The translations under genes and the position numbers were made by a program. A stretch of DNA of 59,996 nt, counting the filler, from Hausera hauseri (taxonomy: Eukaryota), in the NCBI GenBank assembly GCA_046269625.1. It is 11 parts of 11 records of this genome, joined end to end, with 100 filler letters (N's around TTAATTAATTAA, not from the genome) between each part and the next. Parts side by side here need not be neighbours in the genome. Positions count along the whole stretch, not along the records: positions 46,937 to 55,687 come from JBJURY010546564.1; positions 55,788 to 59,996 come from JBJURY010700105.1; 9 more parts are not named here. One strand, written 5' to 3'. The notes beneath the pieces are model-generated. The model was given only the letters and a program-made list of their open reading frames with translations, did not search any database and was not told the origin of the DNA. This document shows, piece after piece, positions 46,937 to 59,950 of this stretch (position 1 is the stretch's first letter; each line of letters opens with the position of its first letter).

Positions 46937-49371
46937 GAGATCTTGAAAAAATTAAGAACGAAATAAAAAAGCTGAAATCAGAATTGGATGAACTGAATAA
47001 ACGTTACGAAGCAGCTATGGGTGAACGACAAAAACTTCAAGGAGAGATATAATGCAAAGACGTTTATTAGCTGCAGATAAATTAATTAGTGGTCTAAGTT
47101 CTGAAAATGAAAGACGGACAAAAGATTTGCAATTACTGAAAGAAAAGAAAGTTAGACTATTAGGGAATTGTTTGGTATCTTCAGCTTTCCTAAGTTACGT
47201 TGGTGCGTTTTCTTCAAAATATAGATCTGAAATGGTATATGGACACTGAAAGAAAGACGTTGTTCAAGGAAATATTCCCCTAAGTGAAAATTTTAGGCTT
47301 GAATCTGTTTTGATAAACGATGTAGAAGTTAGTACATGGAATACCGAAGGGCTTCCATCGGATGATTTAATTATTCAAAATGGAATTCTGACAACTAGAA
47401 CATTTCGGTTTCCGTTATGTATTGATCCTCAACAACGAGCATTGAGTTGGATTATGCAAAAAGAAGAGAAAAATAATTTGAAAATCACCACATTTAAAGA
47501 TTCTGATTTTCTTAAACAGTTGGAATTAGCCATAAAGTATGGATTCCCATTTCTATTTAAGGATGTGGATGAATATATTGACCCAGTTATTGATAATGTC
47601 TTGAAAAAAATATTAAAGGTGATAGAGGTAGAGAAGTTATAGTTCTTGGTGATAAAGAAATAGATTATGATCCGAATTTTCGTCTGTATCTCAATACAAA
47701 GCTAAGTAATCCGAAATATGGACCAAATGTCTTTGGTAAATCTATGGTAATAAATTATGCTGTTACTCTCAAAGGATTGGAAGATCAACTATTAAGCGTC
47801 ATTGTGAAATACTAACGAAAAGAATTAGAAGAACAACGTGAACGTGTTATCAGAGAAACAAGTGAAAATAAGCGTCTTCTTAAAGACTTGGAAGATTCCC
47901 TACTGCGGGAGTTAGCAACAAGTACGGGGAATATGTTAGATAATACTGAACTTGTTGACACATTAGAAGAAACTAAAAGCAAAGCTTCGGAAGTCTCTGA
48001 TAAATTGAAACTTGGAGCTATTAATTCTGTTGAAATAGATAAACACAGGGACGGTTATAGACCTGCTGCTCAAAGAGGTGCTATTTTATTTTTTGTACTT
48101 GCCGATATGTCAATAATAAATTCCATGTATCACTACTCACTTGCTTCGTATCTTGATGTTTTTAAATTCTCGTTAAGAAAAGTTTGTCGGATGGTAATTT
48201 AGAAAAACGTTTGAACAATATCAAAAATACTCTAACCAGAAATGTTTAACTACGGTTGCACGGAAATCTTTGAGAAACATAAATTACTCTTTATCTTTCA
48301 AATCACTCTTAGATTAGAAATGAATAAAAAAGAATTACTTGAAGAACTCGACTTCTTTATTAAAGGGAATACTTCACTAGAAGGAGCCAAGCGAAAAACA
48401 CCTTTCAAATGGATTAGTGAGGTCAGTTGGAAAGATGTTACAAAATTAGTCGACGTATGCCCATCAGTTTTTAATACTCTCATAGAGGATATCGAAAGAA
48501 ATGAATATAAATGGCGCAGGTGGATAAATTCAGAAACTCCTGAATGTCAAGATTTACCACAACAATATAATAAAATTTTGAGTAGTTTCCAGAAACTTTG
48601 CTTATTGCGATGTTTCAGAAGTGATCGTATATATCGAGCTATTACTCTTTATGTAACAGAAAAAATGGGTGAAGAATTTGTGACTCCACCAATTTTGAAT
48701 TTAGAAAATATTCTTGACCAAAGTACTACATTTTCGCCAATAGTATTTATTTTAAGTCCGGGATCTGATCCCGCAAATGATGTCTTTAAATTAGCTGAAA
48801 GATCTGGTTTCGGCAGCAATAAACTGAAATACATATCCATGGGTCAAGGCCAAGAGAATAATGCAAAGATATTATTAGAAACGTCAATTTCTAGAGGTAA
48901 TTGGTTAATGCTTCAAAATTGCCATTTGCTTGTTAAGTGGCTAAAAGAATTAGAAAAAGAATTAGAGAAATTATCGAAACCTCATCCAGATTTTCGTTTG
49001 TGGCTTACAACGGAACCTACTGAAGCATTTCCAATTGATATTTTACAAAGATCTCTGAAGGTAGTTACTGAACCACCAAATGGTCTGAAATTAAATTTAC
49101 GATCGACTTATGAAAAGATTGCTTTGAATTGTTTAACTAATTTTAATCATGAAGTGTCTCCAAGTCTGGTCTTTACATTAGCGTCTTTCCATACAGTCGT
49201 TCAAGAGAGAAGGAAATACGGAAAAATTGGCTGGAATATTCCTTACGATTTTAATGAATCTGATTTTCGAGTATGTATTCAAATTTTACAAACGTATCTT
49301 AAAAAAGCAAGTGATGCTAACGATAGCAAAATACCATGGGGAAGCTTGAAATATTTAATAAAAGAAGTTAT
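46937..49371 (+). pseudogene. DNAH10: axonemal dynein heavy chain 10 fragment (stalk to AAA6), intronless and disrupted
   Basis: [64 protein letters not shown]. Several frameshifts and stops. Confidence 0.9.
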
Positions 49372-49990
49372 TAGAACTGATACGCCAACACCGTTTTGAT
49401 CTTAAAACTTTTGTGCCATATTAGTTCCATTAAATATTGTAATGTCCGACAAAAGCAACTTGACTGTATACAATATATTCTTCGTCGTTACGGTGACCAA
49501 ATTGGGGACAGTTGGCGTTTAATAATTGAAAATATTAGTTCAATTGATTACGTAATAAGTGAACAGCTAGTCAGAAATGCATTTCAGTGTTTCCAGATTG
49601 TTAATACTGAATATTTAGTTGAATCGAACAACTCTTGTTACTCAGCTGTTGTTATAGTAGCGTTCAGATTCACTAAACAAGACCAGAATTTAAAGACTTT
49701 CTTGTCGGCAATTGGATCCATATGGTATATTGCTGATTTCTTCTTCCAACAATCAACATTCATCGAAAAGGTATGGACACGAGATAAGATCGACGAACTA
49801 TGGATTGAATTGTATTGTAATCTTGTTGAAATATGTATTGACAAAAGGCCAGCTGTTAGAAATTCTGCAGGTCAGACACTCTTTAATACTCTTGATATAC
49901 ATGGTGGGGTAATTCAAAAAATAGTTGGTCCATAGTAATGTGGAAGGTTTCGTTTCCATTACTTGCAGTCAATTTTGATAATTACATTGC
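49372..49990 (+). pseudogene. MON2: MON2 (endosome/Golgi trafficking) fragment
   Basis: VRQKQLDCIQYIL, LVRNAFQCFQI, LSAIGSIWYIADFF, DKRPAVRNSAGQTLF. Confidence 0.82.
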
Positions 49991-50624
49991 AAAACTGCAG
50001 GAAAACATAAAATCTATAACTGGCACAATATTCCAGATAGGGGAGTTTTGTTGTCTGAGAAGGATTTCAATTGCTCAATAAATATTTCCAGACAGAACAT
50101 GAACAAGTGTGTTCTGCAACAAAAGCCTTAATTTCAGAAATCGAAAATTGCATCGTATTTACAGCAATTGCATTGCGTAAACTGCGAAATTGGGAAGTAT
50201 TGATTATGCCAAGCCATTTAGTTGTTTACACATTTGATTCAAAATTTCACGGGCTTATAGCATTAGGTGACAAAACAATCATTAATACCAAATACTTCGA
50301 TGTCACGTGACACTCGCAGTTCTTACTTATTCCTGGAGTCCATCAAGTGTTATAGTGAACCGGAATATATAATAAACAACAGCAATGACACGACGTATAA
50401 TAAACAATATCCGCGAAATATTAACTCCACTATTATGAAAGAATTCCAAAGAGTTATTTCGGACTCCGTCCCAGACGGAATATCAACCCCATTTATCGGT
50501 TAGATTCGTTAAAAGAAATAGCATTCCTCTTGGTTTCTAATGCTCGTGGAGATACCACACTACCCATCTTGCCGTTCATCCTCATCATTTTCCGTCCACC
50601 TTTTTGCTAATACCAAATTGATAC

Positions 50625-50801
50625 ATGCCACAAATATCACACCGTATCGGTACATTACAATTATATGACCTTATTCGTAAGGCTACCGCCTTCAATGATT
50701 TCTACTTGACTCACAACGGTTTTATTTTAATTGACTTCCCACACATCATGGCCTCACATTACCATCTATGTATACACATCAATCCTAAAATCCGCGGCGG
50801 T
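50625..50801 (+). CDS. ubiquitin-like leader ending in RGG before the Gag Met
   Basis: TLQLYDLIRKATAFNDFYLTHNGFIL...LCIHINPKIRGG|M. Confidence 0.65.
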
Positions 50802-51881
50802 ATGATTTCTCCACCACCTAGTGACACCACCGATAAGGTGACCACAAAACCCAAATCCATTCTCTACTACCCCAAAACAAACCATCCACCTACTTCAACC
50901 AATACAAATTCTTATCACTAAAATCCTGCCAGTACTCCCCAACATTGCTCTAATACTTTATCGACAACGAAAATTCTAGAAAAACTTGGCTCCACTTCCA
51001 TTAACTCTCGTTACAGTCCAACGGTATTACAGACTTGTTATCCAAAGCCCATAATCTACTCTAGTTCCTACCAAACTATATAAAGGCCTCAATCCATAAC
51101 TTACTGGATATCTTTCAATACCCTGATCCTTTTACGCAATTGTTCGATGCCGTGTTAAAACCGACAGAACCATCAATTCTTTAATGTAAATGCAATGGGG
51201 ACACAAAAACCTAGTAATTTTCTACGTACCTCATCGGCTCACTTACGTACTTTAGGTGTCACCAAGGAACACAATCCGGATCTACTTCGACGATATTTCC
51301 TTAAGGCCTTACCCCTTCAAATTATGGCTTTACTTACCGTTGTTGAAGATTCTACGGCCTTAGATAAACTGGCTGAAATGGCCTATAAAGCACACGAAGT
51401 CTTACAAAGTCAATCACAACCCATTATATCAGCTGCTATTACGACCGATGACAATCAACGACATACATCCATCGAGCACCAATTGAACCAATTGCGCGCC
51501 GAAAATGCGGCACTAAAACACACAATCAACACCATCAATGATAAGCTGAATGACCTTTCCTTACATCGACGGAATGCTTCCTCGTCTCACCGAACGCGCC
51601 CTCCTTCCAGAAATCGAACACCGTCACCAACGCGGTCATTCATATGTTATTACCACAACAAATTCAATAACAAAGCAAATAAATTCTGTTTAGGGTGTAG
51701 ATATTATTTGTCGAATCTACACTCGGATAACATAGTTTGCATCTATTATGCAAAATTTGGATCTAATGCTCGAAATTGTATTTCAGGCTGTAACTATAAA
51801 ACCCACTATAACTACACCACTGATAAACGTTTCAGTTTCTCTAACAGTAACCGTACTAACTCACCAATCCAAAAAAACTGA
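50802..51881 (+). pseudogene. gag: gag with two tandem CHCC motifs
   Basis: CYYHNKFNNKANKFCLGC and CIYYAKFGSNARNCISGC. Capsid region homologous to 3380-3682. Confidence 0.88.
51872..51878 (+). promoter_or_regulatory. -1 ribosomal frameshift slippery site A AAA AAC
   Basis: Directly before the gag TGA, in the correct phase. The pol ORF (51884) is in the -1 frame. Confidence 0.8.
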
Positions 51882-51883
51882 TT

Positions 51884-54800
51884 TTGTCACCAGTATTCTC
51901 GGCAGATTCTGGCAAAGGCAACTTACCTAATTCCTCCTGCCGACACACTTCATTTGTAGTCTTTACACTAAAAGCTGCTATCTTTAATCCTAACATTCAA
52001 TCCACAGACTTTCTCATCGATACTGGCTCAGCGACCTCACTCCTACCACTTTCTTTTCCGGTTCAGCATTCTTCGCCTAAAATAAAACCTTTATACACCC
52101 CCTCCGGTCAACCTCTCCATATTGCCGAAACTTGTAAATTATCTTTCACTCTACCAAAATTTTCCTCTCCATTCCATTGGACGTTTACAGTTGCTAACGT
52201 CCAGACGGCAATACTTGGCTCCGATTTCCTTTCGTACTATAATTTGCTAGTCGATTGTAACCGTCTCTGCCTGAAGTCAAATACACCTGTAGACCGTAGC
52301 ACAAGAATAGATAGCACCCAAACGACAACACAGTGAACAGTAAGTAAGCAATATATCTTAAAACAGTCAGTACCTAATTCTAATTCCAATAACTATTACA
52401 TTTTGCATCGTAAGCTTCAAAAGGACAATGTGGACAGTCAATCACAGCTCAATATCGACACCCACAATCTGATATTTTCAGTAGAATCATTGAACAACAA
52501 CACGCACTCAAATACGGTCCCGAATCCGACCATCTTACTCCAAACTCCATCTAATTACTCATCTACAACCAACCACATTACATCCAGTACTGCTAACAAC
52601 CATGGTTCATCATTTCCAACAACATTCCAGCAATTATCCGTAAGTTTACGACAATTCATCCATACTTCTTATCCTCGTATACTTCAGAAAGGTCAGAATT
52701 TCACCCCTGTAAACGGCATTTACCACCATGTAATTACAAGACATCAAAGACCAATTCGACAAAAAGTCCGTGCATTGTCACCGCAACGCAGCCAGGCAGT
52801 ACATGCTGAATTTAAGGAACTCGAAAAATCAGGTATCGTCCGCAGATCTAAATCACCTTGGTCTTCGCCTCTTCATGTTGCTCAAAAGAAAGATGGATCT
52901 TTCCGACCATGAGACGATTACCGCCAACTTAATACTTTAACCATAATTGACGCATATCCACTTCCATTAATCAAAGACATATTACATCGGCTTAATACTA
53001 CTTCAGTTTATTCAACAATTGATTTAGACAAAGTTTACCACCAAATTCCTGTCGCACCAAAACACATCGAGAAAACTGCAGTTACTACACCTTTTGGTTT
53101 TTGAGTACTTGTGTATGCCTTTCGGTTTCCGGAATGCCGCGCAGACTTTTCAGCGACACATTGATTCAATTCTTTCAGACTACACTTTTGCGCATCCACA
53201 TATTGATGATATCTTGGTTGCCTCTATTTTCAAACGACTTAACCAGTTCAATCTACAGATCAATTTTGCGAAATGTAACTTCTTTCAGAAACGCGTTCAT
53301 TTCTTCGGACATATTATCTCATCAAACGGCCATTCACCTCAGCCTGATCTAGTCGAGACTGTTAAAAGTGTCCAACTACCTAAGACAACCACAGAAATGT
53401 ACAGTTTTCTTAGTACCTTTCATTTCGTCCACAAATATATTCCATATTGTTCGGAACTTACCGCACCTTTTGCACATTTAAATGGAGGAAAAAAACACCA
53501 GAAAATTGTGTGGACACCTCAACTAGTCAATAAATTAGATAGACTACGAGAAGCAGTAAAATCTGTTGAAATGTTAGCATTTCCTAAACCTGACGCTGAG
53601 TTAATTTTAACTACAAATGCATCAAACATCGCAGTATGTGCTGTATTACATCAGTTGTATAAAGGAGAAAATCAACCTCTAGAATTTTTATCCCGAAAAT
53701 TAACGCCACCAGAAACTAGATATTCAACTTTCGATTGGGGACTGCTGGCAATAGTTCTTGCTTTAAGACACTTTTCTCACTTACTTACAGCTCGTCATTT
53801 TGTTATCCAGACCGACCACAAACCATTGATTAATATAATGGCAATGAAACATCCTTCAGCTCGACAAGAACGGCAAATCTCATATTTGTCAACATTCAAC
53901 TTTGACATCAAACACATCGAGGGTGTTGACAATCTAGTTGCCAATTTCCTATCTAGATCAGTCGGTTTAATCAATTTTTCGCCAATCTTCATTCAGAAAA
54001 AACTCCAAGAAAATCAGCCATCGCAAGATATTCTCGAATCGTTCAAATCTCACAAGATTATCGACAGCGTGGCCTTAGATATTTCCAAACCAGGACAATC
54101 CAAAATAATTCTTGCTCCATCTTTACACAAACAAGCATTTCATAATGTACATTCGTTACATAATCCTGGTGCCAAAGCAACTTTTCGCTTACTCCAACGC
54201 CAAGTAGTGTGGCCATCAATGCGCTCCGTTATGCAAGCATGGGTTAAGGAGTGCGTGTCTTGCTAGAAATATAAAACAATAAAACATATAAAACCACCAT
54301 TATACCACTTCCAATGCACATCACGTTTTGAAATCGTACATATTGATATCGTTGGTCCTCTTTCAATAGACAACGGCCACCAATTTATTCTGACCATGAT
54401 GGACCGTTCCTCACGATTGCCGGAATTCATTCCACTGCGTTGTGCAAACACCAACACAATAGCAAATACTTTCATCCGTACATGGATTAGTAGATTCGGA
54501 TCTCCTCGATATATCATCTCAGATCAAGGTCCTCAATTTGAATCGAATTTGTTCAAATCTCTAGTAAACCGATTGGGAATAAGTCACATTCATACAACAC
54601 CTTATCATCCCTAATCAAATGGCCTTCACGAACGTTTCCACCGAACCTTGAAAACATCACTTCGAACCCTTGCACAGTTTAACGCCAATTGGACTACACG
54701 TCTACCGTTTGTTCTACTTGGTTGGCGGAACACTCCGTCCACTTCCACAAAATAATCACCAACGGAAGCATTATTCGGAACCCCTTGTACGGTCATTGTT

Positions 54801-55449
54801 CGAATTAACCGCTTTAGACGAGACTGCTACAGACGAGAGGATACGAGCAGCACAGGATCATTTTGTCACAATCAGCAAAGATTAGTTTTGCAGGGTCTTA
54901 CACAATGACACATCTTACATACCAGAAGACTTTTACTCAGCAAAGTTTGTTTGGCTTAAAAACCAGACACCTTGCGATTTCCAGCCACAGTACTTAGGGC
55001 CATATAAATTAATACAACTACATTCACACAACGCTATTATCTTTAAAGACGGAAAAGAAGTTGTAGTGCATATTACTAATGTAAAACCAACCTTTTACGT
55101 CGACGATACCTCACCAACGGAAACATCAACCTTATTCCTCACACCTACAACCACCGCTACCTCGACTTTGATTCCCCAGTCTACAACAAATCATTCCGCT
55201 GCCCCCGTCTCTGTGCCTACTTTGTCACCTACCAATTCCATTCCTGCCTCCATCTGGACATTTCCATCTACTCCTACTTTTACCACTATTTCTGATCCAC
55301 ACTTAGCTTCTATACCTTCGTCTATTTCTACAACACTCCTCAATTGGTTACCTACTCACGCTACCACAGAAACTGTGTATAATCTACCCACAGTCGTCCC
55401 CCCCACCTCTTTTATTACCTTCTCCAGGAACAACATCCAGTCACACTGA
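51884..55449 (+). pseudogene. pol: pol (PR-RT-RH-IN plus S/T/P-rich tail)
   Basis: FLIDTGS, SPWSSPLH, HIDD, QTDHKPL, HIDIVGPL, SDQGPQF, YLGPY. Several stops. Confidence 0.95.
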
Positions 55450-55653
55450 AAGTAAAATCTCTTTTGATAAACCATATCAGCAACAAGACACTACAGTGAA
55501 GGTACGTCACAAATCCGTTACTTTCAATAACTATAGCAGAGAACTATACAACGAAGGAGTACAACGCCTTGTACGCGCAAAAAATTATTTGGCAAATTTT
55601 GTTTGTTCTCAGAATTTTCCTCCAATCTTTTCTTTCAAGTTCTCAACTCAGCC

Positions 55654-55687
55654 AAGGGGGTATTGTAGTGCCTATAAAAGTGTTAGC
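55654..55687 (+). repeat. polypurine tract and start of 3' LTR
   Basis: AAGGGGG-TAT-TGTAGTGCCTA. The same LTR start occurs in copy B. Confidence 0.8.
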
Positions 55688-56149
55688 NNNNNNNNNNNNN
55701 NNNNNNNNNNNNNNNNNNNNNNNNNNNNNNNTTAATTAATTAANNNNNNNNNNNNNNNNNNNNNNNNNNNNNNNNNNNNNNNNNNNNCTGCAGGAATTAA
55801 GGGTAACGAAAGACAAGACAGCAAGTAAGTCTACAGTGACCTGTGGAAAGCAAAATGGACCGGGCTGATATCAGTAACACTCTCAGGGAGATAGGCCGGA
55901 TAGAAGACTCAAGAGGCGACTCGGAGTCGACATCCATGTCCCGATTAAAAGAACTTTGTGTGAAGCAGGGTGCTGCTAGACATGAACGTCACTGTGGGAA
56001 TAGGAGACGTTTTATTGAGCAACACAGAGCCGGAACTATCAGTCGTTGCATGCTGACGAATATACTGACGATGAAATCAGAGCACCTATGGACTTGTCCC
56101 GTGTGCAGAGCTGATGATGATCTGACGACTAACTAACTAATTAACTAAC

Positions 56150-57402
56150 ACATCATCATGAAGAGAATGAAAAAGAAACTAGAAGAAGAAATACATGAAG
56201 TGCTAGCTAGTTTTCGACAAGGCAGGGGCACAAAGGACCATATCTTCAACATGAGAAACATTTTCGAGAAGTGCAGAGAGAACACTGTAGACCTTCACAC
56301 TTGTTTCATTGGTTACACCAAGGCTTTTGACTGTGTACAGCATAAACATTTGTGGAACATCATTTGTGATGAACATCAACAACACATATAATACACCTAA
56401 CTGAATCAATGTAACAAGAGCAACAAGCAGCTGTAAGCATGTCGGGAGAAACATCAGAATAGTTTGAGGTACTAAAGGAGTAAGCCAAGGGTGTATATTC
56501 TCCCCATATCTGTTCAACATCTATGCCGAAAATATAATGAGAAATGTCAGAGAAGACGAAAACATTCCAAACTATGATCCTTTCACAATCGGTGGTAACA
56601 CTCTTCCAGAAATCAGATACGCAGATTATACAGTCCTACTTTCAAATAGTCCTGAAAGTCTAGAAAAACTGAAACTGGTGGTTAAAAAATACAGCGAAGA
56701 ACAGAACTTTTTCTTGAACAAAAAAAAAGAATAATAATAACTACGACAACTAAGAAACCTAGTTGCCAACCGAAAATCACAATCGACAACGAAGAAACAG
56801 AAAATGTATTCAAATTTTGAATATCTAGGGTCCACAATATATAACAACTGCGACTGCTCAAAGGAAGCGATACATAGATTAACCATAACAATGCCGAGAG
56901 TAACTTGTATGAAGTACCTGTGGCATGACAAACCAAAAGCAACTCAATCAAAATAAAACTTCTAAGAGCATGCATCTTCCCTGTGGCGACCTATGGAAGT
57001 GAATCATGGACTATTATAACAAGCAATAAAGAAAAAGACAGACGCATTCGAATTAAGATGTTAGGGAGACTCCTAAGAATATCATGGACAAAAAGAGAAA
57101 AAAAAACAAAGATATATTCCAAAAACTGAACATCAGGAACAACTGGCACATCAATAGTATCATGTCTCGAAAACTGAAATAATTTAGGCGACGTTAAACG
57201 TCATGGCGGTCTAGAGAAAATGTATTGTTCCTGGCACAAGAGGCAAAGGAAGGCCAAGACGACGGTGGACACCAGACATCAAGGAAACTCTGAATATGAA
57301 ATTGAGAAAGGCCGGCGAGCTGACAAGAGAAGAGAATCTTTCAGACGGGATGTGGTGAGTTCGGCGTTCTGCAGAGGACAGGCGACATGATGATGAAGAT
57401 GT
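56150..57402 (+). mobile_element. 5'-truncated RTE-like LINE, decayed RT
   Basis: FRQGRGT, KAFDCV, QGCIFSPYLFN, RYAD, FEYLGS, YGSESWT, GRPRRRW. (TGA)n-like tail at about 57388-57402. Confidence 0.9.
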
Positions 57403-58319
57403 TGACCCTACGACTCAAATAAACAAAAGTACAATGACAAGGAACACCTTATTATAAAGCAATCAACAGAAGTCACTAGGGGAAAAATGATAAAGCACAT
57501 TTTATGCAAGAGTCATCGTAGAATCGATATGTGTTTAATTCTTAGGTTATTGAGACAAATGAGGTCATTCAAGATTAACTCGTGGAGTCCGTGAGTGACT
57601 CCAGGATCGGGATATAACTGAACTTTGATGAGTGCGAAGAGAAGTGATATCTAAACAAATAAAACATCGACACAAGGCTGCACTAAAGTTTATATGGGGT
57701 CGACTGTGGCTTAGTTGTTTGGACATTCGCCTCGGAATGCAAAGTTAGGAGGTTCGAAACCACGCAGGATCCCACTTATGATGGGAGGGCCATTGAAACG
57801 ATGGCGGGTCTTGCCGAAGATCCAACCTCGCAAGGCAAGTGGTGAAGGAAAGATAACTCAGATAGATAACTTCCGTAAACTGTATATGGTTTGTATCCCA
57901 TTGAGAATTGAAGCAGTTGTTTTCCCTGGACAAGGTCTGTGATACAAACAAACATTACTATAGAATATATCACCATAAAGCGAATTACGTTACACTGTTT
58001 CGTTAAGTTAGTAGCCTAATAGACCGGATTTCAGCATGGCATTTTTCGGGTTTGTCTTCGCTGGGATGTTATGGAATCCAGGTTCTTATTCATCCAAACA
58101 CTGCCGCAGGAATCGGAGGTTTGTAGAGTAGCCGTCTATTGAATACATCACAGACCTTTGAACGTGTAGTTTAGTTTAGTCGAATGGTCAACATCCTCGT
58201 ACACGGAAATGAATCCATAAGTCATCCGTTCTCCTTCATTCTGGAGGATCTCTGCTCAGTTCACTTACTCAGTTGCACCGGCGAGAGCCCCGTAGGTTGG
58301 GAAGATGTGTCTTAGAATT

Positions 58320-58540
58320 TTCCCTGACAGCGGCCATTAGGCCTACTCTTTTTAAGATTTCCAATTGCCAAGGGATTTTTAACGTGCACGACAACGTACA
58401 CGGACGTTCGATCTCACTACCCAGAGATCAGGGGAATTTTTTTACTAGAAGATCCAATAAAAAAAAATCCCAAGTTTCGCCACCGGGATTTGAAACCTGC
58501 ACTTGAGGCAGACGCCAAACCTCGATACCACTGAGCCCAC
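58320..58540 (-). mobile_element. probable tRNA-derived SINE
   Basis: Minus-strand A-box-like TGGGCTCAGTGG and B-box-like GGTTTCAAATCC at 58485-58540, without a full cloverleaf. Confidence 0.5.
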
Positions 58541-59919
58541 AAATAAATGTGAAGCTGAGTACGCGGAGGTGAACTGTGATCTTGTCGTTGTTTTTTATTC
58601 TGCACTTCGGAAGTGCCAGCGTTAGTGTACACTATCTATCATTTTGCTGAACTGTGTTAAACCTTCTGTTAGCTAGCTAATCCATTATCTTATCTGTCAC
58701 ATCCCATTTGATAAACGAAACACAGGCAACTTAGACTATACTGCAAGATAATTGACACCAAAGCCTGCCAACGCCTGTTCGGGTCAGGAATAGAAAAGGC
58801 TTTTCCGTCATCATGTCGTATGAAGAGACTTAAGATGGTAGGTTTGTCGTTGAGACTCGATAACTTTGGCTGGGGGTTGATTCGGTTGATATGCCGGATT
58901 TCTTTTGGCATCATCTTTATTACCAGACGTATTGGTTGTGTCTTTCCCTGTGACGAATCAGTGGAGATGAGAGAGGGTTGTGATACTTGGGCACTTCTTC
59001 CATACTATTAGCCCAGGAAAACAATTGTGTTCTGTAGAACGAAATAATGCACACTTTTGTTTTCTTACTGTGACAGGGATCTATTAACGATGGTATATTT
59101 TCCCAGTACAAAAGACCAGTGGTTCATCAGCCAGCATTTTCTGCTCCTGAAATTGACAGAACTTTTTCCATATGCCTGCAGATTCTATTCTGTACATATT
59201 GATGCTGGTATATCAACTAACTTACCCCATTGACTACATGCCTGCAGTCATACCAGCCACCTGTGTAGACATCTCTAGCCTCTACCTGGAACTCAGCAAT
59301 ACAATTCGGGTCACCAGTAAGATTTTCACGCGTGATAGAATTAAGTTCTTCAGGGTTGAATTCCCTTGGCCTGGTTACAAAAGAAAGTCAGTAAAAGTAT
59401 ACAACGTGCTCATAAAATCTGTGTATGGCTAATAAAACTTACTTTTTGATAATGAAGAAAGAAACATATTTTTTTCTCAAGTTTTTTTTTTTTAAATACA
59501 GAAAGTTATGTCAACAGGAGCACCATTTGTGAATCTATATTGTACTAAGAGTATATGATCCTCCATTCAGACTAACACCATTCCACTTGGTCTCACTTTT
59601 GACCCTCTCTCATCCGTTCTCTTTCTTTGCCCATACTCTTCTTCCTTACTCTCGTGGTTCCTTTTGACATAACTAATTTTAAAAAAAAATAAGTTGACCA
59701 ATTCACTATTGATGGTTAGGGGGTCGGCAAGAGCTACCAAAATTTCAATGGCCCCAGAGTGAGATCCCGCGTAGTTTCGAACCCCATACCTTCGGATTGT
59801 AAAAGGCAGTTGTGTTTCATTAACCACCAACTTAGTCGTTGTTCTAAATATTGCTGTTTTTCTTCTTGTTTCTTTCCATTCCTTTCTGACTTATGTATCT
59901 TTCTATTCACCATCTCTTC

Positions 59920-59920
<1 letters not shown>

Positions 59921-59950
<30 letters not shown>

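Larger units (their letters stand above)
50625..55687 (+). mobile_element. CsRn1-like Gypsy copy C, nearly complete internal region
   Basis: Ubiquitin-like leader and gag, -1 slippery site, PR, RT, RH, IN, S/T/P tail, PPT and start of the 3' LTR. Confidence 0.93.

Noticed and set aside
46937-49371. Stop-codon reassignment explaining in-frame stops here and in DCST1/env
   Set aside because: TAA, TAG and TGA all occur, at positions expected for different residues (for example E and W) and alongside frameshifts. This fits decay or error rather than an alternative code.
58475-58540. tRNA gene
   Set aside because: A/B-box-like motifs are present but no complete cloverleaf, so it is better explained as a SINE head. 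The PBS matches at 12640 and 46435 are also not tRNA genes.
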